Positions 39,201-53,070 of a DNA stretch of 64,000 nt are shown one piece after another. Made by a program: the position numbers and the translations under genes. The stretch comes from Anthoceros angustus (lineage: Eukaryota; Plantae; Anthocerotophyta). Each line of letters starts with the position of its first letter. Positions within the stretch are counted from its first letter, which is position 1. The notes beneath the pieces are model-generated. The model was not told the origin of the DNA. It saw only the letters and a program-made list of their open reading frames with translations, and ran no database searches. The stretch lies in NCBI GenBank assembly GCA_010909165.1, contig VJWM01000068.1:1539124-1603123 (forward strand), written 5' to 3'.

Positions 39201-40990
39201 TTTCGGTGGAGACTTCATTTACTTGCGATGTCAAGCAGGAGATACCTTGACACCGCTAGCGGACGCATCGCAAGTGAAGGAGGTTAGACCTAATGGGGTA
39301 CTCTTGCTACAGTGATGGACGCCGACGATCGACAACATGAAGAATTATGCGGTCTATCACCTCCCAAACTGGACCCAACTATTGTTACCGATTGGGTCCC
39401 TCCGCTTGATTACCCATGCCAAGTATGTAGGCCTCCGGATGATACAGGTGATGCGTTTTGTGATCAACTGATGGTGGTTACCATGTGTTTTGCCTAAATC
39501 CACCACTAGTTGAGGTCCGGATCACTATTGTACAAGAAAACCAGCTATACTCGGGACAGCCCCAATGTTCGATGAGATAGCTAGGACATACTCGGGGCGG
39601 CCTCGGTCCAGCTATACTCGGGGCAGTCATAGTCCCAACTCGTAGAGATACTAAGGAGAAGAAGTTGGGACATACTCGGGGCGATCATAGTCCCAACTCT
39701 AGCTTCTGATCACGGTCCCCAACTCTAGCTTCTGATCACGGTCCCCAACTCTAGCTTCTGATCCACGGTCCCCAACTCTAGCTTCTGACTTTAGTCGGGG
39801 CGTCTCTCAACAAGTGCAAGAGCACTTGTTTTTGATCCCATGTTGGATTACATTCCCACATCTTTTCGAGCAAGCTTTCCCCATAAAAACAAGGAGATCC
39901 CTACATGTATATAGCGCCCAAGTCATATGGGGTCCCCAAAGCGACCTCCCACCACATGAGGCTCAGCGTGCACCACCTCACTTTTTGCACATCGGCAATA
40001 ACCCGAGCTTCCCTCCATAAAGATAGGGCTCAACTAAAGTTGGGGCCCCACAAATGCCAAGCTCGCAGCCACAGTGCCCCACCCCTCGGCGCAAACTTTT
40101 GCTCCGCTTTCTTTTGGGTTTGTAGAAACCCTTCTAAATACGCCTTAAGTGGGGCCCCTTAGACCGCCAACCTTGACCCTTGGTGCCCCACCACCCTCGG
40201 CGCAAACTTTTGCTCCGCTTTCTTTTGTGATCAACTGATGGTGGTTACCATGTGTTTTGCCTAAATCCACCACTAGTTGAGGTCCGGATCACTATTGTAC
40301 AAGAAAACCAGCTATACTCGGGGCGGCCCCAACCTCATATTCACGGTGCCCCAACACCCCAGTCGCTCTTCTCCTTGCTTTCCTTTTGGTTTATAACTTC
40401 CCTCAAGAAGGAGTGTCGCTTCCCTCAAAGCGATGTCGGAATGTAATCCAACATGGGTATGCTCACACGGAATGGCAATTTCCAGCCAAAGTCGAAGAAA
40501 TTTGAGGTGGAGACTTCATTTACTTGCGTGTCAAGCAGGAGATACCTTGACACGCTAGCGGACGCATCTTTGCAAGTGAAGGAGGTTAGACCTAATGGGG
40601 TACTCTTGCTACAGTGATGGGCCGACGATCGACAACATGAAGAATTATGCGGTCTATCACCTCCCAAACTGGACCCAACTATTGTTACGATTGGGTCCCT
40701 CCGCTTGATTACCCATGCCAAGTATGTAGGCCTCCGGATGATCTGAGCGATGCGTTTTGTGATCAACTGATGGTGGTTACCATGTGTTTTGCCTAAATCC
40801 ACCACTAGTTGAGGTCCGGATCACTATTGTACAAGAAAACCAGCTATACTCGGGACAGCCCCAATGTTCGATGAGATAGCTAGGACATACTCGGGGCGGC
40901 CTCGGTCCAGCTATACTCGGGGCGATCATAGTCCCAACTCGTAGAGATACTAAGGAGAAGAAGTTGGGACATACTCGGGGCGATCATAGT

Positions 40991-41083
40991 CCCAACTCTA
41001 GCTTCTGATCACGGTCCCAACTCTAGCTTCTGATCACGGTCCCAACTCTAGCTTCTGATCACGGTCCCAACTCTAGCTTCTGA
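40991..41083 (+). repeat. 25-bp tandem repeat CCCAACTCTAGCTTCTGATCACGGT, ~4 copies
   Basis: Direct inspection; also ~31474-31552, 33500-33578, 39691-39788, 42680-42760. Confidence 0.9.
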
Positions 41084-44000
41084 CTTTAGTCGGGCGATCA
41101 TAGTCCCAGCAACAACTATACTTGGGATGGTCGGCGTAGAGAACACTCGGACAGAGTTAGGGATGGAGTGGTGACCCTTTCGGCCTTGAAGTGTTTGAGT
41201 GTCTTTGGCGGAATTGCTATAGTGCGTGAAGAGTGATGCAGATGGGATGGTTCTAGTGGCAATTTCACCTCTTTCTATGATAAGCTCGTCGGCACTCTAA
41301 AACTCCTACTCTTGTTGTGGTTAGAGGTAGCACGAAGAGCTCCCACTAATTGTCGTATGCGTGTTGTGACCAATGTCAAGGGACAAACTATAGGAGGAAG
41401 GGGTAATCTATGCTCAGAGAAAGACGAGGAAGAGCCAAGCACGACTTCCACCCCAACTCGTAGAGATACTAAGGAGAAGAAGTTGGGACGGAAGGTCCTT
41501 GTTCTTTGATGACACCAACTCAAGATCGACACCTTGTAGCAGAAATGATCACCACTAACAACACACAATAGTCGATTCTGTTTTAAACTAAGCGGACACT
41601 TGAATCTGTAGGAGTCTAAGACTCAAGCATCTCCTTTGAATAAGTCATGTTTTACCTTAGGGAGGGCTTTAGTAAGCGGTCGGTGCATTAGATCCCGTGG
41701 GGATGTATTCAAAACGGTCGACTTAAAGCGCATCTCGGATGAAATGGTAATGAATCTCGATGTCCTTAATGCGTGCACGGGACTCATGGCGCCGCGATTG
41801 TTGCGTCCGAGATTGTCGTATGCGTGTCGGAGTGTCCTCTCCCAAGACTCACGATGCCGCGAGTGGAGCGATAACTTAAGAAGGTTCCACATAACGTATA
41901 GAAAATATGGTATATGGATTATATAAAATGGGTCGGTTACATAGGACTTTGAGCCTCCTTTGGCTTTGGCTTCTATGGATTGAGTATTTGAACTAAGTTT
42001 TCTAGCTAGTGACCATGAAGACTTCATTTACTTGCGATGTCAAGCAGGAGATACCTTGACACGCTAGCGGACGCATCGCAAGTGAAGGAGGTTAGACCTA
42101 ATGGGGTACTCTTGCTGGTGATGGACGCCTGACGATCGACAACATGAAGAATTGTGCGGTCTATCACCTCCCAAACTGGACCCAACTATTGTTACCGATT
42201 GGGTCCCTCCGCTTGATTACCCATGCCAAGTATGTAGGCCTCCGGATGATCTGAGCGATGCGTTTTGTGATCAACTGATGGTGGTTACCATGTGTTTTGC
42301 CTAAATCCACCACTAGTTGAGGTCCGGATCACTATTGTACAAGAAAACCAGCTAGCGGGCATAAACCATCGAGGCTTCAGCGGGGAGGCGGGGTGGAGAG
42401 CAGAGGACTCATTTTTGCTACATGTTAGATGAGAGTTGGGACATACTCGGGACAGCCCCAATGTTCGATGAGATAGCTAGGACATACTCGGGGCGGCCCC
42501 AATGTTCGATGAGATAGCTAGGACATACTCGGGGCGGCCTCGGTCCAGCTATACTCGGGGCGGCCTCGGTCCAGCTATACTCGGGGCAGTCCCATGGCAA
42601 CAAGTATACTCGGGGCGGCCCCAACCTCGGCTATACTCGGGGCAGTCCATGGCAACAAGTATACTCGGGGCGATCATAGTCCCAACTCTAGCTTCTGATC
42701 ACGGTCCCAACTCTAGCTTCTGATCACGGTCCCAACTCTAGCTTCTGATCACGGTCCCAACTCGTAGAGATACTAAGGAGAAGTTGGGACATACTCGGGA
42801 CAAGCGATTAGGGATGGAGTGAGTGACCCTTTCGGCCAAGTGTTTGAGTGTCTTTGGCTGGAATTGCTATAGTGCGTGAAGAGTGCAGATGGGATGGTTC
42901 TAGTGGCAATTTCACCTCTTTCTATGATAAGCTCGTCGGCACTCTAAAACTCCTACTCTTGTTGTGGTTAGAGGTAGCACGAAGAGCTCCCACTAATTGT
43001 CGTATGCGTGTTGTGACCAATGTCAAGGGACAAACTATAGGAGGCGGGGTAATCTATGCTCAAGAGAAAGACGAGGAAGAGCCAAAGCACGACTTCCACC
43101 CCAACTCGTAGAGATACTAAGGAGAAGAAGTTGGGACGGAAGGTCCTTGTTCTTTGATGACACCAACTCAAGATCGACACCTTGTAGCAGAAATGATCAC
43201 CACTAACAACACACAATAGTCGATTCTGTTTTAAACTAAGCGGACACTTGAATCTGTAGGAGTCTAAGACTCAAGCATCTCCTTTGAATAAGTCATGTTT
43301 TACCTTAGGGAGGGCTTTAGTAAGCGGTCGGTGCATTAGATCCCGTGGGGATGTATTCAAAACGGTCGACTTAAAGCGCATCTCGGATGAAATGGTAATG
43401 AATCTCGATGTCCTTGTACGTGCACGGGACTCATGGCGCCGCGATTGTTGCGTCCGAGATTGTCGTATGCGTGTCGGAGTGTCCTCTCCCAAGACTCACG
43501 ATGCCCGAGTGGAGCGATAACTTAAGAAGGTTCCACATAGCGTATAGAAAATATGGTATATGGATTATATAAAATGGGTGGTTACATAGGACTTTGAGCC
43601 TCCTTTGGCTTTTGGCTTCTATGGATTGAGTATTTGAACTAAGTTTTCTAGCTAGTGACCATGAAGCGACTTCATGTCATCGTAATGACTTCGTCCGTCG
43701 TACCATATGGTGATGGTATGTGAGTCATTCTTGCACCTTCGGCTCATACCTCGCCGAGGCATGACACCGCCACAGCATGTGTCGCACCTTCCACGTCGGT
43801 ATCTTTGAAGCGATCGTCCAATGCTCACGCACTTGGGCACCACCAGCGCACCGCAACACGGCACACTCGACACTTGACCCCGGCGACAACCTCCGATGAA
43901 AACACGAGGCACGCATGGAAGCTAACCCCTCACCATCCCTCCCTTCACAATTGTCCCGGGCAAACCGGATCCTCTATGAGAGGCGGCGCCTCGAACCGAG

Positions 44001-47000
44001 CCAAGAAGCGAGTCGCTTGCGCTTTCATCCACTAAAGTTGAGTATAAGGCCACAGCGGGCGCATGGAAGGAGTTAGAGTGGGAAAGGCAACTTTTGGAAT
44101 GAATCCACTTACCTCAAAGTGCTCCCACTAAGCTTCTATGTGAAAGCATGTAGGCTATTGCCCTTTTTCCAATCCTTGGTTTCATGCAAGAACCAAGCAC
44201 ATTGAGCTAAACCACCATTATATCCATGGCGTCTGAAAGGGGCATTGTGAAAGTGGAATACATTAGTCTTGATGAGAATCATTAATATTTTTTACAAAGG
44301 GCTGCCAAAGCCAAAGCATTTCAAGCATATGGCTGCCCTTGGGCTCGAGTGTTCACTCGCCTCATGTCGAGTTGATATCTACCTTGTTGTCGTGGCGGGC
44401 TGTTGATTCTTATTGCCTCTAGGGCTCTGGAGCTGCTCGCCTTCTTCACTGCTCAAAATGGCGTATTCATCAGCATCGGTACTCTCAAAGGATGAAGCTA
44501 CACTATGAAATCTAGGCGTGAGAGGTATCGGACATATGGGTCATGTTTTAGGAGGTCATATCTTTTCTTTTCTTTTGTGATTTCTTGGTTGGGTTGTGGT
44601 GAAGGTTCTAGTTGTTTTCGCTTTCTTTTGTGAGGATTTTTGGTTGTTTTGTTTCTAGCTTCGTTCTTTGGGACGTTTTTCCTCTTTTGTTTTGTTTTCC
44701 TTTGTTATTTTGGGTTGGGTTGTAGTTGAAGGTTCGGTCTCTTTTCGGATAATTTTGAGGTTTTTGGTTGTTTTGTCTCTAGTTTCTTAATTTGGGAGGT
44801 TATCAATGCTATTTTCCAATTTTGGGTTGCGTTGTAGCTTTAGGTTCCAATCTCTTTTTTTTTGAGGGCTTTTGGTTCTCTTGTTTCTAGCTTCTTTAGG
44901 TTGCAATCTCTTTTGATTTTGTGAGGGCTTTTGGTTCTCTTGTTTCTAACCGTTTTGGGAGGTTATTTCCTCTTTTGTTTATCTTTTCCTTTGTTATTTT
45001 GGGTTGGGTTGTAGCTGAAGGTTCGAGTCTCTTTTGATTTTGTGAGGGCTTTTGGTTGTTTTGTCTTTAGCTTCTTATTTTGGGAGGTTATCATTGTTAT
45101 TTTTTATTTTGGGTTGGGTTGTAGCTAAAGGTTCCAATCTCTTTTCGGATGTTTGTGGGGCTTTTGGTTCTCTTGTTTTCGCTTTTTGTGAGGTTATTTT
45201 TGTTATTGTTTTCCTTTTGGGTTGGATTGTAGTTGAAGGGTCCAATCTCTTTTCGGATTTTGTGAGGGCTTTTGGTTCTCTTGTATCTAGCTTCTTTAGG
45301 TTCCAATCTCTTTTGGATTTTGTGAGGGCTTTTGGTTCTCTTGTTTCTAGCTTCTTTAGGTTCCAATCTCTTTTCGGATTTTGTGAGGGCTTTTGGTTCT
45401 CTTGTTTCTAGCTTCTTTAGGTTCCAATCTCTTTTTTTTTGTGAGGGCTTTTGGTTCTCTTGTTTCTAGCTTCTTATTTTGGGAGGTTATCATTGTTATT
45501 TATTATTTTTGGTTGGGTTGTAGGTGAAGGTTCAGTCTCTTTTGATTTTGTGAGGGCTTTTGGTTGTTTTGTCTTTAGCTTCTTATTTTGGGAGGTTATC
45601 ATTGTTATTTTTTATTTTGGGTTGGGTTGTAGCTAAAGGTTCCAATCTCTTTTCGGATGTTTGTGGGGCTTTTGGTTCTCTTGTTTCTCGCTTTTTTGTG
45701 AGGTTATTTTTGTTATTGTTTTCCTTTTGGGTTGGATTGTAGTTGAAGGGTCCAATCTCTTTTGATTTTGTGAGGGCTTTTGGTTCTCTTGTATCTAGCT
45801 TCTTTAGGTTCCAATCTCTTTTCGGATTTTGTGAGGGCTTTTGGTTCTCTTGTTTCTAGCTTTAAGTTCCAATCTCTTTTCGGATTTTGTGAGGGCTTTT
45901 GGTTCTCTTGTTTCTAGCTTCTTTAGGTTCCAATCTCTTTTTGGATTTTTGAGGGCTTTTGGTTCTCTTGTTTCTAGCTTCTTATTTTGGGAGGTTATCA
46001 TTGTTATTTTTTATTTTTGGTTGGGTTGTATGAAGGTTCCAATCGGTCTTTAGATTTTGTGAGGTTTTTGATTGTTTTGTTTCTAGCTTCTTTTTGGGAG
46101 GTTATTTTTGTTATTGTTTTCCTTTTGGGTTGGATTGTAGCTGAAGGTTCCAGTCACTTTTGGATTTTGTGATCTTTTGGTTCTAGTGTCTCTTTTGGGA
46201 GGTTATTTATTTTGCTTTCTTTTGTGATCTTTTGGTTGTTAGTGGATATCTTCCATTGCTTATGATCATGAGATATCTACGTGTGGTCCTCGTCTAATCA
46301 AAGCAATGGGAGTAGGCGAGACTTGGCCTCGAGAGCTTTGCAACTCTCGAGTTTCGGGACCGCCTCGGAGGCGTCTCTCAACAAGTGCAAGAGCACTTGT
46401 TTTTGATCCCATGTTGGATTACATTCCCACATCTTTTCGAGCAAGCTTTCCCCATAAAAACAAGGAGATCCCTACATGTATATAGCGCCCAAGTCATATG
46501 GGGTCCCCAAAGCGCCGACCTCCCACCACATGAGGCTCAGCGTGCACCACCTCACTTTTGCTGTCGGCAATAACCACGAGCTTCCCTCCATAAAGATAGG
46601 GCTCAACTAAAGTTGGGGCCCCACAAATACCAAGCTCGCAGCCACAGTGCCCCACCACCCCTCGGCGCAAACTTTTGCTCCGCTTTCTTTTGGGTTGTAG
46701 AAACCCTTCTAAATAACGCCTTAAGTGGGGCCCCTCGGACCGCCAACCTTGACCACAGTGCCCCACCACCCCAGCCAAGGCCCCTCGAAAATGCCAACCT
46801 CATATTCACGGTGCCCCAACACCCCAGTCGCTCTTCTCCTTTGCTTTCCTTTTGGTTTATCACTTCCCTCAAGAAGGAGTGTCGCTTCCCTCAAAGCGAT
46901 GTGTCGGAATGTAATCCAACATGGGTATGCTCACACAGATGGCAATTTCCAGCCAAAGTCGAAGAAATTTCGGTGGAGACTTCATTTACTTGCGATGTCA

Positions 47001-50000
47001 AGCAGGAGATACCTTGACACGCTAGCGGAAGCGCATCTTTGCAAGTGAAGGAGGTTAGACCTAATGGGGTACTCTTGCTACGGTGATGGGCCTGACGATC
47101 GACAACATGAAGAATTGTCGGTCTATCACCTCCCAAACTGGACCCAACTATTGTTACCGGTGATTGGGTCCCTCGCTTGATTACCCATGCCAAGTATGTA
47201 GGCCTCCGGATGATACAGGTGATGCCGTTTTGTGATCAACATGATGGTGGTTACCATGTGTTTTGCCTAAATCCACCACTAGTTGAGGTCCGGATCACTA
47301 TTGTACAAGAAAACCAGCTACAGCGGGCATAAACCATCCGAGGCTTCAGCTGGGGAGGGCCTTGACCGTTTTTGGGAGGTTATTTATTTTTGCTTTCTTT
47401 TGTGATCTTTTGGTTGTTAGTGGATATCTTCCATTGCTTATGATCATGAGGTATCTACGTGTGGTCCTCGTCTAATCAAAGCAATGGGAGTAGGCGAGAC
47501 TTGGCCTCGAGCTTTGCAACTCTCGAGTTTCGGGACCGCCTCGGGGCGTCTCTCAACAAGTGCAAGAGCACTTGTTTTTGGTCCCATGTTGGATTACATT
47601 CCACACATCTTTTCGAGCAAGCTTTCCCCATAAAAACAAGGAGATCCCTACATGTATATAGCGCCCAAGTCATATTGGGTCCCCAAAGCGCCGACCTCCC
47701 ACCACATGAGGCTCAACGTGCACCACCTCACTTTTGCTGTCGGCAATAACCACGAGCTTCCCTCCATAAAGATAGGGCTCAACTAAAGTTGGGGCCCCTC
47801 GGACCGCCAACCTTGACCACAGTGCCCCACCACCTCGGCGCAAACTTTTGCTCCGCTTTCTTTTGGGTTGTAGAAACCCTTCTAAATAACGCCTTAAGTG
47901 GGGCCCCTCGGACCGCCAACCTTGACCCTGGTGCCCCACCACCCCAGGCCAAGGCCCCTCGAAAATGCCAACCTCATATTCACAGTGCCCCAACACCCCA
48001 GTCGCTCTTCTCCTTTGCTTTCCTTTTGGTTTATCACTTCCCTCAAGAAGGAGTGTCGCTTCCCTCAAAGCGATGTGTCGGAATGTAATCCAACATGGGT
48101 ATGCTCACACAGATGGCAATTTCCAGCCAAAGTCGAAGAAATTTCGGTGGAGACTTCATTTACTTGCGATGTCAAGCAGGAGATACCTTGACACGCTAGC
48201 GACGCATCTTTGCAAGTGAAGGAGGTTAGACCTAATGGGGTACTCTTGCTACGGTGATGGGCCTGACGATCGACAACATGAAGAATTATGCGGTCTATCA
48301 CCTCCCAAACTGGACCCAACTATTGTTACCGGTGATTGGGTCCCTCGCTTGATTACCCATGCCAAGTATGTAGGCCTCCGGATGATACAGGTGATGCCGT
48401 TTTGTGATCAACATGATGGTGGTTACCATGTGTTTTGCCTAAATCCACCACTAGTTGAGGTCCGGATCACTATTGTACAAGAAAACCAGCTACAGCGGGC
48501 ATAAACCATCCGAGCTTCCCTCAAGAAGGAGTGTCGCTTCCCTCAAGAAGGAGTGTCGCTTCCCTCCATAAAGATAGGGCTCAACTAAAGTTGGGGCCCC
48601 CAATGTTCGATGAGATAGCTAGGACATACTCGGGGCAGTCCATGGCAACAAGTATACTGGGGCAGTCCAGCTCCGGCTATACTGGGGCGGCCTCGGTCCA
48701 GCTATACTGGGGCAGTCCAGCTCCGGCTATACTGGGGCGGCCTCGGTCCAGCTATACTGGGGCAGTCCATGGCAACAAGTATACTGGGGCAGTCATAGTC
48801 CCAACTCTAGCTTCTTATTTTGGGTTTGTAGAAACCCTTCTAAATAACGCCTTAAGTCGGGGCCCCTCGGACCGCCTGGAGGCTAAGGTGAGAAGGACGT
48901 GTGACAGTTAGGCAAGTGTTCTCTTTTATACCTTAGCCTAGTTTAGACGTTTTCACTAACCAAGGACATGGGCAGATATATCCTTTATGCTAATTGGGCC
49001 ATTGTCCAAGGATTCATTTCCTTTAAAATTAGTTATAGGAAATAGAGCCGTTATGAACGAATAGCTAGGTCACAAAAAGCCACTTAGTTGTAGGTGTGAA
49101 ACGGGCCAAATACAAACCCAGAGCTTCCCTCAAAGCGATGTGTCGGAATGTAATCCAACATGGGTATGCTCACACACGGAATGGCAATTTCAGCCAAAGT
49201 CGAAGAAATTTCGGTGGAGACTTCATTTACTTGCGATGTCAAGCAGGAGATACCTTGACACGCTAGCGGGCATAAACCATCCGAGCTTCCCTCAAGAAGG
49301 AGTGTCGCTTCCCTCAAAGCGATGTCGGAGGCGTCTTAAGTTTTTGGTCTTGGAAATCGTGAGGGCTTTTGGTTTATAACTTCCCTCAAAGCGATGTGTC
49401 GGAATGTAATCCAACATGGGTATGCTCACACACGGAATGGCAATTTCAGCCAAAGTCGAAGAAATTTCGGTGGAGACTTCATTTACTTGCGATGTCAAGC
49501 AGGAGATACCTTGACCCTGGTGCCCCACCACCTCGGCGCAAACTTTTGCTCCGCTTTCTTTTGTGAGGGCTTTTGGTTTATAACTTCCCTCAAGAAGGAG
49601 TGTCGCTTCCCTCAAAGCGATGTGTCGGAATGTAATCCAACATGGGTATGCTCACACAGATGGCAATTTCAGCCAAAGTCGAAGAAATTTCGGTGGAGAC
49701 TTCATTTACTTGCGATGTCAAGCAGGAGATACCTTGACCCTGGTGCCCCACCACCTCGGCGCAAACTTTTGCTCCGCTTTCTTTTGGTTTATCACTTCCC
49801 TCAAGAAGGAGTGTCGCTTCCCTCAAAGCGATGTGTCGGAATGTAATCCAACATGGGTATGCTCACACAGATGGCAATTTCCAGCCAAATCGTGGGCATT
49901 TCCACCGGATTTCAGGGATTTGATTTGGCGTCTCTTCATCTCTGTTTGCTCCTTGCAGCCACAGAGCATGTTGGAGAGGAGGACATATCTAACCATTCAA

Positions 50001-52289
50001 GATTTTTGAGGGCTTTTGGTTGTTTTGTTTTCCTTTAAAATTAGCCAACATTTCGATTGTGGGGATTTGCGATGAATCGATCAAACCTTGTGCATTGTTA
50101 GGGACGATCGCTGGCTATTATAGCTATAGGAAGCACTAGTGATTCAAGATGCGTAGGCGTGGTTTGTTTTGTTTTGTTTCTAGCTTCTTATTTTTGGGAG
50201 GTTATTTTTGGGTTGGGTTGTAGTTGAAGGTTCGGTCTCTTTTCGGATTTTGTGAGGGCTTTTGGTTCTCTTGTTTCTAGCTTCTTATTTTTGGGTTGGG
50301 TTGTAGTTGAAGGTTCGGTCTCTTTTCGGATTTTGTGAGGATTTTGTGAGGGCTTTTGGTTCTCTTGTTTCTAGCTAGTGACCATGAAGCGACTTCCACC
50401 CCAACTCTAGCTTCTTATTTTTGGGAGGTTATCAATGCTATTTTCCAATTTTGGGTTGCGTTGTAGCTTTAGGTTCCAATCTCTTTTGATTTTGTGAGGG
50501 CTTTTGGTTCTCTTGTTTCTAGCTTCTTATTTTGGGAGTGTCACGCGATCCCATCGCTAGCCATATGGTGATGCACCGAGGGACATGAGATTAGTCCTCG
50601 CTATTGTTTGAGGACACGAGACATTCATCAACGAACCACTCTTGAGTGAGGCATAGGCGAGAAGAAGTTCTTTCCAACATCGCCATTGACAGCCTGAGGA
50701 GTTGGCGGCGGTTCAGGAGCCGGTACGCCACCCACCTTAGGCTTGACAACGGTGGTCTCCATTTCGATTGTGGGGATTTGCGATGAATCGATCAAACCTT
50801 GTGCATTGTTAGGGACGATCGCTGGCTATTATAGCTATAGGAAGCACTAGTGATTCAAGATGCGTAGGCGTGGTTTGTTTTGTTTCTAGCCGTTTTTGGG
50901 AGGTTATTTTTGGGTTGGGTTGTAGCTTTAGGTTCCAATCTCTTTTCGGATTTTTGGTTCTCTTGTTTCTAGCTAGTGACCATGAAGCGATCCATTTAGG
51001 TTCCAATCTCTTTTCGGATTTTGTGAGGGCTTTTGGTTGTTTTGTCTCTAGTTTCTTATTTTTGGGTTGGGTTGTAGTTGAAGGTTCCAATCTCTTTTGA
51101 TTTTGTGAGGGCTTTTGGTTCTCTTGTTTCTAGCCGTTTTTGGGAGGTTATTTTTGGGTTGGGTTGTAGTTGAAGGTTCCAATCTCTTTTGATTTTGTGA
51201 GGATTTTTGGTTGTTTTGTCTCTAGTTTCTTAATTTGGGAGTGTCACGCGATCCCATCGCTAGCCATATGGTGATGCACCGAGGGACATGAGATTAGTCC
51301 TCGCTATTGTTTGAGGACACGAGACATTCATCAACGAACCACTCTTGAGTGAGGCATAGGCGAGAAGAAGTTCTTTCCAACATGGGTATGCTCACCACTG
51401 GAACATCTAAGTTTGAGGCGTCTCGGTGCGGGTACAACGCTTACAACATCCCAATTGCAAAGCAATTACAACATCTAAGTTTGAGGGCTTTTGGTTCTCT
51501 TGTATCTAGCTTCTTATTTTGGGTTGGATTACATTCATCGACTCCTTCTTGGGAGATCAGCCGGAACAAACTTGTCCCAATTCGAGGCCTACATGGACAA
51601 GATCATCGGTGATCTTTCAAAGTTGAGTATTTGAAGGTTCCAATCTCTTTTTGGATTTTTGAGGGCGTCTCGGTGTGGGTACAACGCGCTTACAACATCC
51701 CAATTGCAAAGCAATGGGAGTAGGCGAGACTTGACACACAATGCAAGATTTTCGGTTGTCCTCAATGCCATCATCGATCGGGTCGAGGTTCAAACATGGT
51801 GCGCTTACAATCACCGATGAAAACACGAGGCACGCATGGAAGGAGTTAGAGTGGGAAAGGCAACTTTTGGATTTTTGGTTCTCTTGTTTCTAGCTTCTTT
51901 AGGTTCAATCTCTTTTTGGATTTTTGGTTGTATGAGGCACATCAAGGCGGTTGTCCTCTACCATCTCCACGGTGAATCCAGCGATTTCAAGGGCCTTGAC
52001 CGTTTTGGGAGGTTATTTTGGGTTGCGTTGTAGCTTTAGGTTGGGTTGTATGAGTGCCCACAAGGAGAAGATCGATGCTGGGGCGTCTCGGTGCGGGTAC
52101 AACGCGCTTACAACATCTAAGTTTGAGGCGTCTCTCAACAAGTGCAAGAGCACTTGTTTTTGGTTGTTAGTGGATATCTTCCATTGCTTATGATCATGAG
52201 GTATCGGACATATGGGTCATGTTTTAGGAGGTCATATCTTTTCTTTTGGGAGGTTATCAATGCTATTTTCCAATCCTTGGTTTCATGCA

Positions 52290-52660
52290 AGGTCGCAGGT
52301 GGTAAACCCTCCACGACATAGGAGTTAGGCGTGCTTTCGATTCTGACAAGTCTTGAATCTGCATTGGCCGTCCTACTCGGGGCGCTGGGGAATCTCAACC
52401 TTTGGACCTCGACAATCCCATACCTAGAATTGAGGGAGTCCCAATGTCAGGCACTTCCAGCCCCATGCTCAGGATTGCCTTGAAAGTCCCCACCTAGGAC
52501 CCCACAGTCCCATACTCGGGATTGCCGGGACTGCCGACGGATCCCACATGGGCAACCTCACTTGGGGCTTCGGAGTTACACCGCCCACCACTATCGACCA
52601 AGTTACAAAGGTGGGAATGACAGGGCAAGCCTCCAACAGTCATGGGGGGAACAGTCACTT
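52290..52660 (-). pseudogene. Possible Ty3/gypsy aspartic protease to pre-RT linker fragment
   Basis: Minus strand LVDSGGRCN, then ILGMGL, then EGLPP. Confidence 0.45.
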
Positions 52661-52970
52661 GGAGGGTAAATCTTGCGCGCCTATGCTTCCCAGCGGCGAG
52701 CACTTGGGAGCACCCATGCATTCAGCCCATTACCCGCATGAATGTGCAAGTGAGCAATGCCATGGTGGACAATAGGCAAGGTCATGTCACTGTGAATGGC
52801 TATGCTCCCAAGCTCGTGCACGCTTTTAGACATGGGGGCACAGCCAGTGATCATTGGCAAGGCTCTTGCAGCCAGGCTGAACTTGCAAGGAACGGCACTC
52901 CGCCATTCACCCTGGAACATCTAAAGGTGACATCGGCGCTAAGGAACTTGTGTGTGGGGAGATTGTCCAC

Positions 52971-53070
52971 CCAATTGCAAAGCAATTACAACATCCCAAT
53001 TGCAAAGCAATTACAACATCCCAATTGCAAAGCAATTACAACATCCCAATTGCAAAGCAATTACAACATC
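52971..53070 (+). repeat. 25-bp tandem repeat CCAATTGCAAAGCAATTACAACATC x4
   Basis: Four exact copies; further copies near 51451, 51699, 53501-53550, 53818. Confidence 0.92.

Larger units (their letters stand above)
8595..48876 (+). repeat. Composite tandem macro-array (core unit ~4.5-5.5 kb)
   Basis: Anchor AAGAACCAAGCACATTGAGC near 10111, 18421, 23368, 28373, 35200, 44188; anchor GTGGATATCTTCCATTGC near 11659, 20052, 25598, 30075, 37657, 38487, 46242, 47420; same orientation and module order. Confidence 0.92.

Noticed and set aside
10480-46220. Many Phe/Leu-rich (plus) and Lys-rich (minus) ORFs as membrane or basic proteins
   Set aside because: Translations of the T-rich minisatellite; frames are not conserved between copies
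8595-48876. Tandem Helitron array
   Set aside because: Several CTAG-T sites, but I found no GC hairpin just upstream, no defined TC start and no Rep/helicase; not excluded, but unsupported
8595-48876. rDNA, 5S or tRNA gene array
   Set aside because: No recognisable rRNA, tRNA or snRNA sequence in the unit
52971-53070. CRISPR array from the 25-bp hairpin repeat
   Set aside because: Monomers abut with no spacers
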